In this document: positions 1 to 14,572 of the stretch, piece by piece
Layout of the letters: the number at the start of each line of letters is the position of its first letter
Numbering within the stretch: position 1 is the first letter of the stretch
Assembly: GCA_951406725.2 (NCBI GenBank)
Contig: OX597823.1
Location: 91,636,001 to 91,700,000, forward strand
Reading direction: 5' to 3'
Length of the DNA stretch: 64,000 nucleotides
Source: Octopus vulgaris
Taxonomy: Eukaryota
Made by a program: the position numbers and the translations under genes
The notes under the pieces: generated by a model
The model's input: the letters and a program-made list of their open reading frames with translations, nothing else
Told to the model about the DNA's origin: nothing
Database searches by the model: none

Positions 1-556
1 ATAGCTTGATTTACTATTATCACCTTCAGTCGCATTATGCTACTGCTGCTGCTACTGCTGCCACAATGAAAACTACAGCTAATAATAATAATAATAAACT
101 AATCATGACAGAAGGCTAGCAATTTTAGAGGGACGGGGTTAGTCATTTACGTTAACCCCCAGTATTTGACGGGTATTTTGATTTTATTGACCATAAAAGG
201 ATGGGAAGTAAATTTGACCTTTGTGGTATTTGAACCAGCTCGGTCATGTGACTCTTAGAGGCTGCAACTTTTTTGTTTCGAGGCCTCCATCCCTTCAATG
301 AAAATTCATAATCTACGCACTTTTTATTCATGGCTATATTTTACTTTATTCTCTCTGAAGTTCAATATTTCACATCAACCAAAAGAACATCTTTAAAAGT
401 ACAACATGTTAAAATTATTTAGGTCGATTCCAAATTTCAACAAGTAAAACGATTCTGGATAAAATGCTTACGTCACTTCGTCCATGTCTTTTGGTCTGAA
501 GTCTTGTCTTTTGTCCAATTTTAAATAAGCTTTTTTTGAAAACAAGGTGAAAACAA

Positions 557-834
557 GCTGGAGCACCACCTTTAGTCAAGCAAATCGAGCCCATGACTTA
601 TTCTTTATAAGCCTAGTTCTTATTCTATCGGTCTCTTTTGCCGAACCGCTAAGTTACGGGGACGTAAAGGCGCCAGCATCGGTTGTCAGGCAATGGAGGA
701 GGGACAAATACAGACACACTAACATATACATATATATATATCTATATACGATGGGATTCTTTCAGTTTCTCCCTACCAAATCCACTCACAAGGCTTTGGT
801 TGGCCCGAGGCCATATTAGAAGACACTTGCCCAA
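557..834 (-). mobile_element. tRNA-derived SINE family A (internal microsatellite), partial
   Basis: Reverse complement of the family body seen at 14175-14572 (gccgaaccgctaagttacggggacg, ctaccaaatccactcacaaggctttgg). Confidence 0.85.
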
Positions 835-2010
835 TGTTTTCAACCATTGAGAATTTTATTGATAAGATTTGTCATGGGACAAAAAAAATCATCGGACCAA
901 AAGATGTCGGACCGAAAGACGTTTGATGATGTGACGTCAGATGAAAAGACATAGCAACGAAATAAAGTGTCTTGCTCAAGAACACAATGCACCATTGAGA
1001 ATTGAACTCACAACCTTATAATCATGAGCCGAAAACCCTGACTATGGATCCACATGGCTCAACTATTGAGAGATTAAAGCATGAAACACAGACAGGCAGA
1101 TAGGCACAGAGAATCTTGCTGTTATGAAGATATGGGACTAACCCAGCATCCAGGTTATATTTGCCCATATCTCAGGCTTCTTCCTTGGCACCCATCTCAG
1201 TACTGTCTGGTTACACTTCATTGCTTGCTTGATGATCTTTGATGAATCGTCTCCTTCCAATGAAAAAGATATCGAACATTATAACAATTTTGAGCAGCTA
1301 ACATCTGTTCTTCCTTTTTGCCATTTCTTATGATGGTGAAAATCCCTCTCCCTTATGGTTACAACCCCATAATGTCATCTTTACATTTCATTGTGCGTTA
1401 TGAGAAATTTCAGATCAGTTACATCAGATTTCAAATCGTTTTAGACAGTTTCTGATTGGCCGTTACAAAGTGCTTTGCTTGTTTCTTTGTCAGCAGATGA
1501 GGGACATATTCCAGGACAGCTTGACCCATCTTCAACACTTGTCTTTTAAAATAATGTGCCTTTAACTGTTGCAGGTGCTTCTTCAGAAACATCATTGACA
1601 GTTTATATAAATGTGAGTGGATTTAGTAAATGGAAATTGAAGGAAGCCCATCGTATATAAGTATGTGTATGTGCATGAGTGTGTGTGTTTGTGTGTATAC
1701 ACACATACACACACACACCACACACACGCACACACACACATACACACACATATATATATATATTTCTGTGTGAGTTAGAGATTGGGAAACCAACCAAGGG
1801 ATAGTATTTATCCAATAGACTGCTGGTAGTTTACCTAATTTTTCATACCCAAGTTTTGGTTATTGTGTGGAAATCTCACAATTGAATATTATATATGAGC
1901 ACGGGTAAAAAGTTATTTACCCTTAATTTATATGGCAAATGTCTACTGGCTGATGTAAGTCTTTTTTGTATCCTCTCCATTTTCTTATTTGCCATATATA
2001 TATATGTATA

Positions 2011-2054
<44 letters not shown>

Positions 2055-2229
2055 TATATATATATATGTGTAGATATATATATATATATAGATATATATA
2101 TATATCTGTGTGTGTGTGTGTCTTTGTTTGTCCCTTATCATCACTTGACAACCGGTGTTGGTGTGTTTATATCCTTGAAATTTAGCTGTTCAACAAAAGA
2201 GCCGAATAGAATAAGTACCAGGCATCTGT

Positions 2230-2442
2230 CTGCTTGTCAGGACATTGAGTGATTGTTGTAAATGAGTGTCACCATCATACAAGGGATGCCCATTTCCAAA
2301 CTTCCAGCCACAGGGAAATATTACCTTAGTTGGAAACATGATGGTTTGTAACAGGAAAGGCATCCAGCCACAGAAAAATCCGCATCAACAAATTCCATCT
2401 GACTCATGCAAGCATGGAACAACAGATGTTAAATGATGATGA
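2230..2442 (+). mobile_element. SINE family D 3' part ending in (GAT)n
   Basis: ggaaaggcatccagc...catgcaagcatggaac...gttaaatgatgatgat. Related copies at 3862-4090(-), 18780-19070(-), 34240-34460, 34770-34965, 42690-42900. Confidence 0.7.
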
Positions 2443-2589
2443 TATCCAGTAATTTAGCAGTATGGATGACTTTAGTGGGGTGGAAAGTCACTGCCTGCCA
2501 CCAAGCCTAGTATTTTGGGCAATCTGCTCAGTTTGTGCAGTTTTATAAGTGCTGAATGCCTTGACATTTTAACTTCGAATTAAACAGTG

Positions 2590-3290
2590 AAAATTCCACA
2601 GAGACTAAATAATTAACAAAAAGAGAGAAAAAAATATTCTTTTCTAAACAATACTAAATCACCCAGCATATAACAAGATCACAAACTGTAGAACAACCAA
2701 AATGAACAGTAGAATAGAGAAGCTTAAACAATGTACTTAGTTTAACGATAATCTCATAAACAATATCTCAACAATGCTAACAACACCAAAGAACAAAATT
2801 TAAAACCAAAAATAAATAACATACAAAATAGTTTTTCCTGATTTAGCTAAGGCATATATTATTATTCAGTTCATGTTTCTACATTTTAGTATTTCACAAA
2901 TAAATTTCATTGAATTTTTTTTAAAATTGAAATCCATTTTCCTTCATTTTTATTTTTTGCATTTTACCAAAAGTGGAAAAAAAAAAAAAATAAAATGGTA
3001 TTTTTTTTCTTTCCAGAGAATGGAAAGCAGTGCTAATTTCAAGTTGAATATGAGTAGAAAGATAGTCTAAAATAGATCTAAGAGAATTATTGTTATGTAA
3101 CATTATGTTAAAAATGTTGCACATCCTTCAAAGCTTAAAATAGCAAACATGTTATTTTATTTAAGTTGTTTTAAAATAAGAAAATTGTCACATTCTTTTC
3201 TATTATTTTGTATTTTTCCAGTAAATCTTCTACACATCCAAAACATCTGCCCCACACAAAACAGCATTTCTTCCAAAGCTCAACAAATGT
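2590..3290 (+). other. Non-TE block with a diverged inverted paralog at about 17870-18370 (conserved non-coding element or small exon)
   Basis: Several colinear shared blocks; best is 3017-3047 vs reverse complement of 18148-18178 (28/31 identical). Confidence 0.7.
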
Positions 3291-3414
3291 TCTACATATA
3301 TAACATCATTTTAAATATGTCTGTATATATGTACATACATACATACATACATTTATACATACATGCATATATACATACAAACATGCATGCATAAATACAT
3401 GCATACATATATAT

Positions 3415-3636
3415 TCTTTTTTACTCTTTTACTCTTTTACTTGTTTCAGTCATGTGACTGTGGCCATGCTGGAGCACTGCCTTTAGACGAGCAAATCGAC
3501 CCTCGTACTTATTCTTTGTAAGCCTAGTACTTATTCTATTGGTCTCTCTTGCCGAACCGCTAAGTTATGGGGACGTGAATGCACCAGCATCGGTTGTCGA
3601 GCGATGGTGAGGGTACAATCACAGATACACAAACTT

Positions 3637-3676
<40 letters not shown>

Positions 3677-3838
3677 GACAGGCTTCTTTCAGTTTCTGTC
3701 TACCAAATCCACTCACAAGGCTTTGGTCGGTCCGAGGCTATAGTAGAAGACACTTGCCCAAGGTGCCACGCAGTGGGGCTGAACCTGAAACCATGTGGTT
3801 CATAAGCAATCTACTTACCACACAGCCACTCCAACACC
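3415..3838 (-). mobile_element. tRNA-derived SINE family A, near full length
   Basis: Head (ggagtggctgtgtggtaag on minus), internal (TA)n, tail with (ctctttta)n. Confidence 0.9.
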
Positions 3839-4140
3839 TATGTGTGTGCATATATCATCATTATCATCATCATCGTCGTTTAACGTCCATTTTCCATGTT
3901 GGCATGGGTTTGACGGTTTGACTGATGTCTGGCAAGCCAGAAGGCTTCACCAGGCTGCTGTCTGATCTGGTAATCTTTCTACAGCTAGATGTCTCCTTCC
4001 TAATGCCAGCCACTCCAAGAGTGTAGTGGATGCTTTTTACGTACCACCAGCATGGGAGCCAGTCATGGGCTACTGGCATCGGCCATGTGGTACCTATATA
4101 TATATATAGGTATGTATATGTATGTATATATATATATCTT

Positions 4141-4180
<40 letters not shown>

Positions 4181-4236
4181 GTTACTGAGATTCTTCTTTT
4201 AAATAACAGCAATGTGTATTATATAATTTTTATCTT

Positions 4237-4607
4237 CTACCTTGTTTCAGTAATTTAACTGTGGCCATGCTGGGGCACCACCTTGAAGGACTTCATCCAC
4301 CAAATTGACCCCAGTGTTTTTTTTTTTTTTGAAGCATGATACTTATTGTATCAATCTCTTTTGCTGAACTGCTAAGTTATGAGGACATAAACAAACCAAC
4401 ACTAGTTGTCAGGCAGTGATGGGACACACACACACACACACACACACATACACATACATGTATGATTGGCTTCTCTCAGTTTCTGTCTACTAAATCCACC
4501 CACAGGGCTTTGGTTGGCTCAGGGCTATAGTAGCAGGTGCGACATAGTGGGACGGAACTCAGAATCATGTGATTGGGAAACAAACTTGTTACCTGCACAG
4601 CCACGTC
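4237..4607 (-). mobile_element. SINE family A, diverged
   Basis: Same motifs as 3415-3838; another partial copy follows at 4903-5095. Confidence 0.8.
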
Positions 4608-5137
4608 TGTTCGTCACACCAAATTGGCAAAGTATTAAGTCTGTTGGACATACAATACTTTGTGGTAGTTGTTCCAACAACTGGAGTCCTGAGTTCAATT
4701 CCTGCTGGGAGTCAATGAAAATAGGCAACATTGCAGTGTAGTGTAATAACAACGGTCTGGATGCCTTGCAGTATATGTTCTGCTTCCTAAGATTCTGGGT
4801 TTAGATCTGCCCCATGGCCTTCCACAAACTTTCGGGTGTTTTTATTAGGGACCATCTCTTGCTAGCCTTCAGGTTGTCTCTACTACAGTTGTTGAGTATA
4901 TTCTTTTATTCTTTTATTCGTTTCAATCATTTGACTGCGGCCATGCTGGAGCACCACCTTTTGTCGAACAAATTGACCCCCAGGTCTTATTCTATTTGTT
5001 TCTTTTGCTGAACTGCTAGGTTATGCAGATGTAAACACACCAACATCGGTTGTCAATCGATGGTAGGGAGACAAACTCAGACACTCAAACATACATAGGA
5101 GACCCCATTCGGTCATGAATGACCATGGGATTGCACC

Positions 5138-5230
5138 TACTGTAGATATGGAAACATAATTTTTAGATACTGTAGGTATGGAAATACATAATTTTTAGAT
5201 ACTGTAGGTATGGAAACACATAATTTTAGA
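5138..5230. repeat. About 31-bp minisatellite, 3 copies
   Basis: tactgtagRtatggaaa(y)acataatttttaga repeated three times. Confidence 0.85.
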
Positions 5231-5624
5231 AATCAACTCAGAATTAGGGTTTCATACCTTTATAATGACACTGGCCTGAGGCATATATTCTAAAGTTAGT
5301 GGGAGCAAGCATATAACAAATAGGCACCATGATGCATACCAAACAATTTTTAACTCATTTCTGTAATATTATGTGAAATACTTCAATAATTAAGATATAT
5401 GCAGTTTTATTATTACCTCTGCTTTCAGTGCCTCAATTTTACTAATATTTTTAGTGTATGTGGTTCAATAATTGAGTAGTTTTATATGAAAGAAATTGTT
5501 GTATGCAGTGGTCTGGTGCATGACAGGCACTCAGGTACACTACAATGCCACACTAATTTGCACTACAATAATTTAATGAAGCTAAAGGAAATCTGTCCTA
5601 CATGTGTGTGCGTGTGTGTGTGTT

Positions 5625-5681
<57 letters not shown>

Positions 5682-6004
5682 CCGCACAAAAATATGTATA
5701 GGAGACCCATTTTGGTCACAAATGACCATGGAATTGCACCTAGAAAGTTACCCTCCGAGGCACAAGTCAGGCAAAGTTGTCTATGGAAGACCAACAGTCA
5801 TCCATGCATACCAGCCTCCTCTCTCCATGCCACCGATGTCATCCAAGGGAAAGGCACCAGTGACGTTGCAACTCCTTTCTACAGCTGTGTGAACTGGAGC
5901 AACATGAAATAAAGTGTCTTGCTCAAGAACACAACACATAGCCCGGTCTAGGATTCGAACTCCCAACCTCATGGTCATAAGTTCGATGCTCTGACCGCTG
6001 AGTA

Positions 6005-6350
6005 CATATATACATAGGAATACATACGTATGTATATATATATGTATGTATGTATGTGTATATATGTTTGTATGTATATATGTATGTATGTGTGTGTATG
6101 TATATATGTATGTGTGTGCATGTATGTAAATATGTATGTATGTATATATGAATGTATATATGTGTGTATATATGTATGTACGTGTGTGTGTGTATGTATA
6201 TATGTATGTATGTGTGTGTATGTATGTATGTTTATATGTATGTATGTATGTATGTGTGTGCATGTATGTATGTGTATGTATGTATGCATGTTTGTATGTA
6301 AGTGTATGTATGTATGTATGTAGGTATGTATGTATGTTTGTATGTATTTA
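6005..6350. repeat. (TATG)n/(TG)n microsatellite
   Basis: Direct inspection. Confidence 0.95.
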
Positions 6351-6914
6351 TGGGTACAACTGCATTGTCCTCTGCAGCAGAAACCTGTTCTATTCTGGTC
6401 GCTTGTTTCCCACTTTAAATCCTTGTCCGATAGCATACAGCTACATTCCAACCTACTGTCGTCCCACTCAATCAAAAAAGATCTTTGTTCCTGTAGGTTG
6501 GATGAATGCTCGTGCCACAACAGAAGCAACCAGTATACATTGCCAAGTGGGTGGCGTTCGGAAGACCATCCAGCAAGAGAAATCATACCAAACCAGATAG
6601 TGGGAAATGATGCATTTTTTTAACCTGCCACATCTTCATAAACTTTCAAATGGAATATAACCATTAAATGATCAAGATAGCAGTGATAGCTATTCATGTG
6701 TGTGTTTGTGTAGCTGTTTGTGAAAAGAGAAAATTAGAAAAAGACTACCAATTTTCTGTTTTGCTATGGAATTACTCTGCAAAAAATACTTTCCAGAATT
6801 TCTATCTTTTATGCTTACTTCACACAATTATAGCATCTACATGCAACCTTGGCATCCAGGAATAAGTGGATGTGCTTCAAGAGGACACAGCTAGGATTTA
6901 ATCCTATCTACATA

Positions 6915-7585
6915 ATACACACACACACACATGCATGTGCACACACACACACACACATACATACATACATACATACATACATACATACATACATACATAC
7001 ATACATACATACATACATACGTACATACATACATGCATATATACATACACACACATACATACATGCATACATACATACATACATACATACATACATACAC
7101 ACATACATACATACATACATACATATACACACATACATACATACACACACATACATACATGCATACATACACACACATACATACACATACATACATACAT
7201 ACATACATACATACATACACACACACACATACATACATACATACATACACACACATACATACATACATACATGCATACATACATACACACACATACATAC
7301 ATGCATACATACATACATACATACATACACACACATACATACATACATACATACACACACATACATACATGCATACATACATGCATACATACATACACAC
7401 ACATACATACATACATACATACATACATACATACATACATACACACACACATACATACATACATACATACATACATACACACACATACATACACACACAT
7501 ACATACACACACACACACACATACATACATACATACATACACACACATACATACATGCATACATATATGCAAACACACGCACACA
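6915..7585. repeat. (CATA)n/(CA)n microsatellite, about 670 bp
   Basis: Direct inspection. Confidence 0.95.
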
Positions 7586-7789
7586 GGTTTGGTGATACAA
7601 ATAGGAAAATAAAACTCAAAATATGAGTATTTCAATGTTTTGTTTTAATAATCAAAAGAAGAAACACAGGAACTCAAAGAGTGAGGGTTTTGTGCAGTGA
7701 TGCTTATCATACCCTTTGCTCATGAGTCACTCTATAATTTATGCAAATTATCAATAACAAACGTGTGTGGGGTGGATACACATACATAT

Positions 7790-8803
<1,014 letters not shown>

Positions 8804-10009
8804 GTGTGTGTGTGAAATGTATCCATATCTTTATTGCTTGTATAATGGATGGTTTGAAATTAAACAACTATTTTTACAGGAAATTGACAACCCAAGATAT
8901 AAAAAATATTAAGTGAAACCCAGATCACATAAGAGTCAGATCTGCTTTCAAAGGGTCAATTTAATCACATGCAATAGAAACAGAATCTCCCACACCACAT
9001 TATAACCAATATATTTAGACAATGGGTTTTGATCATAGGAATCAGCCTTGACTATTGATACACATATATACACACTTGCATGAATGTATGTGTCCACAGA
9101 AACAGACACACATTTATTAGCAATCTCTAGTATGAATAGTGAACTCATTATTATTCCTTCAAATTGCAAATCTACAATGTTCTTTTGTGTACACTGTGTA
9201 ACACATTGTTATATATGATTATTATTATTATTATAGTGCTGCTAATACTCTGCAGGTTTCAATTAGAGCTTGACCACTGACAGTATTTTGTCAGACACAA
9301 TCATTGTAATCAGGGATTATAACATTAGATTTTATCAGCTGGGAGAAATGAATTAGCATATATTTTCCATTTTTCTTTGCTGATGGCTAATTGTTTAACA
9401 CATAATGAAATTCTTGTATCTAGAAGCTTCCCAACTATTTTTAGTAGGAATATAGCAATAATTATAGTGTGATGAACTCTGGAAATAAGATGAAATCTTT
9501 TAATTATATTCCTATTATTGCGGTATATAGCTTGATTTACTACTATCACCTCAAGCATCATTTGTACCCCGACAACAATCACTACTCTATCACAACCATC
9601 ATCATCATCACTTCCAAGCTACCATTATCTTTCTCCTCCTCCACCTCCTCTTCCGCCTCCTCCTCTTCTTACCATCTCTCCCCATGCATGTATGCCCTCC
9701 CACACACACGGAGTAGTCTATGTATTATAGGTCCATTGTAGTCAATTTTACAAATTGGTTTTGCATTGGATATTTGATAACCAGACAATTATCAAATAAC
9801 TGTGTTCATCAGAACATATTTGAAAATGGCTTTGGGAACTCCAGGAAATAACATGCAAGATAAATTTTCAATTTATTGAAAGTATTTCTGCTCCAGAGAG
9901 TGTAAACTTAGTGTAAAACAATTGCTTTACGCCAAAAGATACCAAATCCGAGTGAGAAAGGAAGATAATTTCAAGAAATAAGAAGCCATTAAGGAAAAGA
10001 CATTCATTG

Positions 10010-10195
10010 TTTTATAGTTTAGAGATGAGGAATTATTTACTTTATTTACATTATTTACATTATTAACATTTGACGGATATTCATCCTCATCTTGTTTGTT
10101 AACACGTTTCGGCTGATATATCCTCCAGCCTTCATCAGGTGTCTTGGGGAAATTTCGAAACTGGGTTCTCATTTCTAAGGTATTTTTCGATGTCG

Positions 10196-10260
<65 letters not shown>

Positions 10261-10290
10261 GTTATTGTTATTGTTAATGTTGTTGTTGTT

Positions 10291-10389
<99 letters not shown>

Positions 10390-10463
10390 ATCAATGCCTG
10401 GAATCGAACTCGGAATTTTGGGGTTAGTAGCCCGCGCTCTTAACCACTATGCCAGATGCCCGT
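10010..10463 (-). mobile_element. tRNA-headed element: Pol III head + (AAT/GAT)n + hammerhead-containing tail
   Basis: Minus strand: A box TGGCATAGTGG (10444-10454), B box GAGTTCGATTCC (10400-10411), trinucleotide tract, then CTGATGA-a-GGCTG...CAGCC-GAAAC (10138-10106). Tail shared with 15070-15209. Confidence 0.65.
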
Positions 10464-10914
10464 CTGAAAGTGGGAGTTAAATGAGGATGAGGAAGATACA
10501 ATTGCAGAGACGAGAAAACGATCTTCTGACTCTCCCTGCCATCTATCCTAGTGTAGTTGGAATCTGAGAAGGTGCGTGGGCCAGCTGCTAGGGTTTTCGA
10601 CTCATGATGAGAAGGTCATGAGGTCAATTCCTTGCAGCGTATTGTGTCCTTGAGCAAGACACTTTATTTCACCTTGCCACAGTCCACTTAGCTGGCAAAA
10701 ACAAGCTGAATCTGCAATTCAAAAGGTTGGCTTTCTCATATTCTGTGCTACTGAATCTCCTTCAGAATTACGTTAAGGGTATGTGTATCTGTGGAGGGCT
10801 CAGCTGCTTGCACATTAATATTAAGCACAGGCTATTCAGTCGATCAGATCAACTAGAATACTTGACACACACAAACACACACATATATGTGTAGGTATAT
10901 TTTGTATATATATG

Positions 10915-10968
<54 letters not shown>

Positions 10969-11092
10969 TAAAAGGAATTCCAACCTTGGCTGATTTTCAC
11001 GTTTTATTTACAATCTTATAATGATATAAGATAATATAATATAATGTAATAAAATAAAATAAAATAATAGAATGTTAAATGTTCATTCTGAT

Positions 11093-11137
11093 TGAACTAG
11101 TACTTTCATGCATTAAATTCTGCAATCTTCAGGTTCA
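11093..11137 (-). ncRNA. Type I hammerhead ribozyme (minimal, palindromic stem III)
   Basis: Minus: UGAAC-CUGAAGA-u-UGCA-gaauuuaa-UGCA-u-GAAA-GUAC-UA-GUUCA; 5-bp stem I, intact core, CUA site. Confidence 0.75.
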
Positions 11138-11402
11138 TGTAGTAGTGGTGACAGTCATGCTTCACAATTTTTGACTGTAACGAGATGATTGAATCTGTGC
11201 TTTAAATACAGCTGTGTAGGCTCCAGATGCTAGGTTTTGCAAACTGTATTCTGACCAATCAGTGTGTAGTATCACTCAATTACTTAAGCTGATTGGTTGG
11301 TTGAGCTGATTGGTTTAGGTGTCACGCTTTGTTGGACATGTCAAGAGTCCTGTATCTTAACCCTGGCCAAAGCAGCAATTGTTAGCCCAACAATATATAG
11401 CC

Positions 11403-11484
<82 letters not shown>

Positions 11485-11545
11485 GTATATGATAGATCGC
11501 TTGCAACTAAACCTTTATTATCTATCCCTGTTTATTTCTCCGTTC

Positions 11546-11581
11546 CTTTCTGTCGAAGAGCGTAGGCTCGAAATGTAAGAG
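11546..11581 (+). ncRNA. Minimal hammerhead-like motif with CUGUCGA core, in a short repeat (about 11510-11667)
   Basis: cttt-CTGTCGA-a-GAGC-gtag-GCTC-GAAA-tg-TA-agag; homologs at 23237-23270(-), 31287-31320(-), 40311-40330(-). Confidence 0.55.
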
Positions 11582-11677
11582 ACTTTCTCACTTCTCAATC
11601 GTTAAACTAATACGTCTGTTTGTTGTTTACACACCCTTTTGTTTTTTTTTTTGTAAATTCTCACTATATATATATAT

Positions 11678-11856
<179 letters not shown>

Positions 11857-11867
11857 GTAGAAATATA

Positions 11868-12391
11868 ATTTTTTTTCCAGAATAAGATAAAAAGACCAAG
11901 ACTGTGAAGATTTTAGAACATTTATAAAGAGGTCTTACAGCTGTTTCCAGTTTTAGATAGTATTGACCAATTTTAGATACTATTGGATTTTACTCACAAA
12001 GTATTGGAATCTTACATGTATACCATTCTGCCTAAATAATGGATCTACAAATGCAATATCCTTGCATATCTCACATCTATTTTCGCTCCTTCGCTTCACT
12101 CTCTATTTCGTACTTAACTATTGTTTAACCATTTTCTCACACCATCTCTGATGAAGCGATATAATAAATATCCTGGAAACAGCTGTAAGACCTATATATA
12201 AATGTTCTAAAATCTTCACAGCCTTGGTTTTTTTTATCTCATTCTGAAAAAAAATTATATCCACACGCTGATATATGACCTACGTTGGACCCCTTATTAG
12301 CATAGTCACCGAACCTGGAGTTTAACTATGGTCTATCCATAGCACTTACTCAGCATTACCTGACACCTTTGGGTCTTACTGACGTCATTAC

Positions 12392-12398
<7 letters not shown>
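11868..12398 (+). mobile_element. Penelope-like pseudo-LTR with inverted partial copy
   Basis: 11868-11950 is the reverse complement of about 12173-12258; contains an HHR. Confidence 0.65.
12145..12190 (+). ncRNA. Type I hammerhead ribozyme
   Basis: tct-CTGATGA-ag(c)gatat-aataa-atatc-ct-g-GAAA-cagctg-TA-aga; palindromic stem III, GUA site. Confidence 0.7.
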
Positions 12399-12445
<47 letters not shown>

Positions 12446-13403
12446 TTTACATTTATATAATATATACATGCATGTGTGTGTGTGTGTATTTCAGTAGAGT
12501 TATAAAATTGTAATAATTTTGTAATTATACTGATATATAAATTAACCATTAAGGTATTTTTAGTACACTGGCAATGGATAAATCATTAGATAATGACTGT
12601 ATCCTAATTATGCATATGTGTATAGGTAAAACACATACAAAGTTATACCTGAAAACGTTAATGAGTTAGTTAATAGACTTATATCCACAGTAGAAAGGTT
12701 AAGTGGTTTAGAAGTGGAAGAAAAAGATAAAAATATCCTTAAACTTCTTTTGATTCCTGGATTACATAAAGTTCATTTTAAATGTAGATTTATAGCAGAA
12801 GCTAGTGACTATACAAATAAACAGCTAGCTATATTGGTTAATGGTGCTTTAAAAGTTGTTAGAACGTATTTAAAAAAATATTGTGATAAAATTTATAACA
12901 GTTCAAGAATGAATTATTTCTGGAGTATTAGATCAACTAAAGAATCTCTGGATAGACTGATTAAATACAAGAAGGTTAAGAGTACGTATGTGTATGATGT
13001 TTCGACACTATATACAAACTTAAATCTTAAATGTGCGTAACATGATATTTTTAGAATATTAGTTATTATTTTTAATAAAGGACATAAATGTGTATCTTTA
13101 AAGAATGGTAAAGGTTTCTTGTCTAATTGTTGTTATAAGGGATATACTAATATAAGTAAAAGAAATATCAAAGAAATGGTTAGTTTTAATTTTAATAATT
13201 CGTTTGTAATGTTTGTGGGTATGGTGTTTGAGCAAGTTAGGGGAATTCGCACTTGGTGGCAATTGTAGCCCTCTGTTGGCGGACCTTTATCTTTCTTCGT
13301 GCAAGTTCCTTTTTCTTAAAGACCTTCATGCGAGGAAAAAGATTGGTTAACTTAAACAACTTAATGGATGCTGCAGATACGTAGATCATATATTTATACC
13401 TAA

Positions 13404-13786
13404 CTAGCAGTATCGCCCGGCGTTGCTCAGGTTTGTAAGGGAAATAACTATAAAGCATTTTTAGAGAGTTATAGCCAAAAAATAGCAAAAAAATGGAAAA
13501 AAAGTTATGGTAATTTTTTTTGAAAGTTAAAAAAGGTGGAGTTGCGTCCCCATGACGGTCTGTGGTTTGGGTTTCTGATTCTCGACCCCATGTCGAATTT
13601 ATCGATTTTTTTCAGAACTGGGGGAACTTTTCAAAATTTTCGCTGCGTTAGTTTTGAATTATGACATTGGGCTATGTGTGTGTCAAGTTTCATCAGAATC
13701 GGTTGAAAGCCGTGGTCAGAGTGAGGGTACGAGAAAACAGACACACAGAAAACGCACAGACAAACTGCCGTTTATATATAGAGAGA
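13404..13786 (-). mobile_element. Non-autonomous Helitron
   Basis: Minus: 5' TC (TCTCTCTATATATAAAC), subterminal hairpin CCTGAGCAACGCCGGG, 3' CTAG, inserted between A and T; its removal restores the PLE RT reading frame. Confidence 0.85.
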
Positions 13787-14174
13787 TTATGGTTTCTTTG
13801 AATTTTTACTCAGAAATATATACCCTGGTGCGCTTATATCCATCGGAAATGGTAACAATATAAGGAATATTAATTATTTAGATGTTAGTTTAGCAATTAA
13901 GGATAATAATGAAGTATGTACTGATATTTATAATAAAACAGAAGATTTTGGTTTCCAAGTGGCTTCAATGCCATGGTTCTGTAGTAGAATTCTTTCTTTT
14001 ATTGATTAGGGCAAATTGTTAGATATATTGCTTTTATTACCAATGCTAATAGATTTTTGGAAAAAATAAATAAACTGTTTAGACATTTAGTAAAAGAAGG
14101 GTATAGATATGGTAGATGGGTTAAAACTTTTAACCGCTGTTCAGGTGGGAGACTTGAAATTTTAAATAAATATG

Positions 14175-14572
14175 GGAGTGGCTGTGTGGTAAGTAGCTTG
14201 TTTACCAACCACATGGTTCCGGGTTCAGTTCCACTGCGTGGCACCTTGGGCAAGTGTCTTCTATTATAGCCTCGGGCCGACCAAAGCCTTGTGAGTGGAT
14301 TTGGTAGATGGAAACTGAAAAGAAGCCCGTCGTATATATGTATATATATGTGTGTGTGTGTGCGTGTATGTTTGTGTTTGTCCCCCTAGCATTGCTTGAC
14401 AACCGATGCTGGTGTGTTTATGTCCCCGTCACTTAGCGGTTCGGCAAAAGAATAAGTACTGGGCTTACAATGAATAAGTCCCGGGGTTGAGTTGCTCGAT
14501 TAAAGGCGGTGCTCCAGCATGGCCGCAGTCAAATGACTGAAACAAGTAAAAGAGTAAAAAAAGAGTAAAAGA
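14175..14572 (+). mobile_element. SINE family A, full length, inserted in the PLE
   Basis: tRNA-like head, internal microsatellite, LINE-like 3' stem-loop, (aaaagagt)n tail. Confidence 0.9.

Noticed and set aside
465-958. MITE with cggacc(a/g)aaaga repeats interrupted by a SINE
   Set aside because: Inverted similarity is visible, but TIRs and TSD could not be defined
5781-7635. Long ORFs of 150-250 aa (HTYI/MYVC repeats), and similar YI/CV/poly-I ORFs throughout
   Set aside because: Translations of (CATA)n, (TA)n, (CA)n and (AAT)n microsatellites that lack stop codons; no coding signal
10388-10463. Functional tRNA gene
   Set aside because: Acceptor stem does not pair well and the head runs into a microsatellite; treated as a SINE-like head
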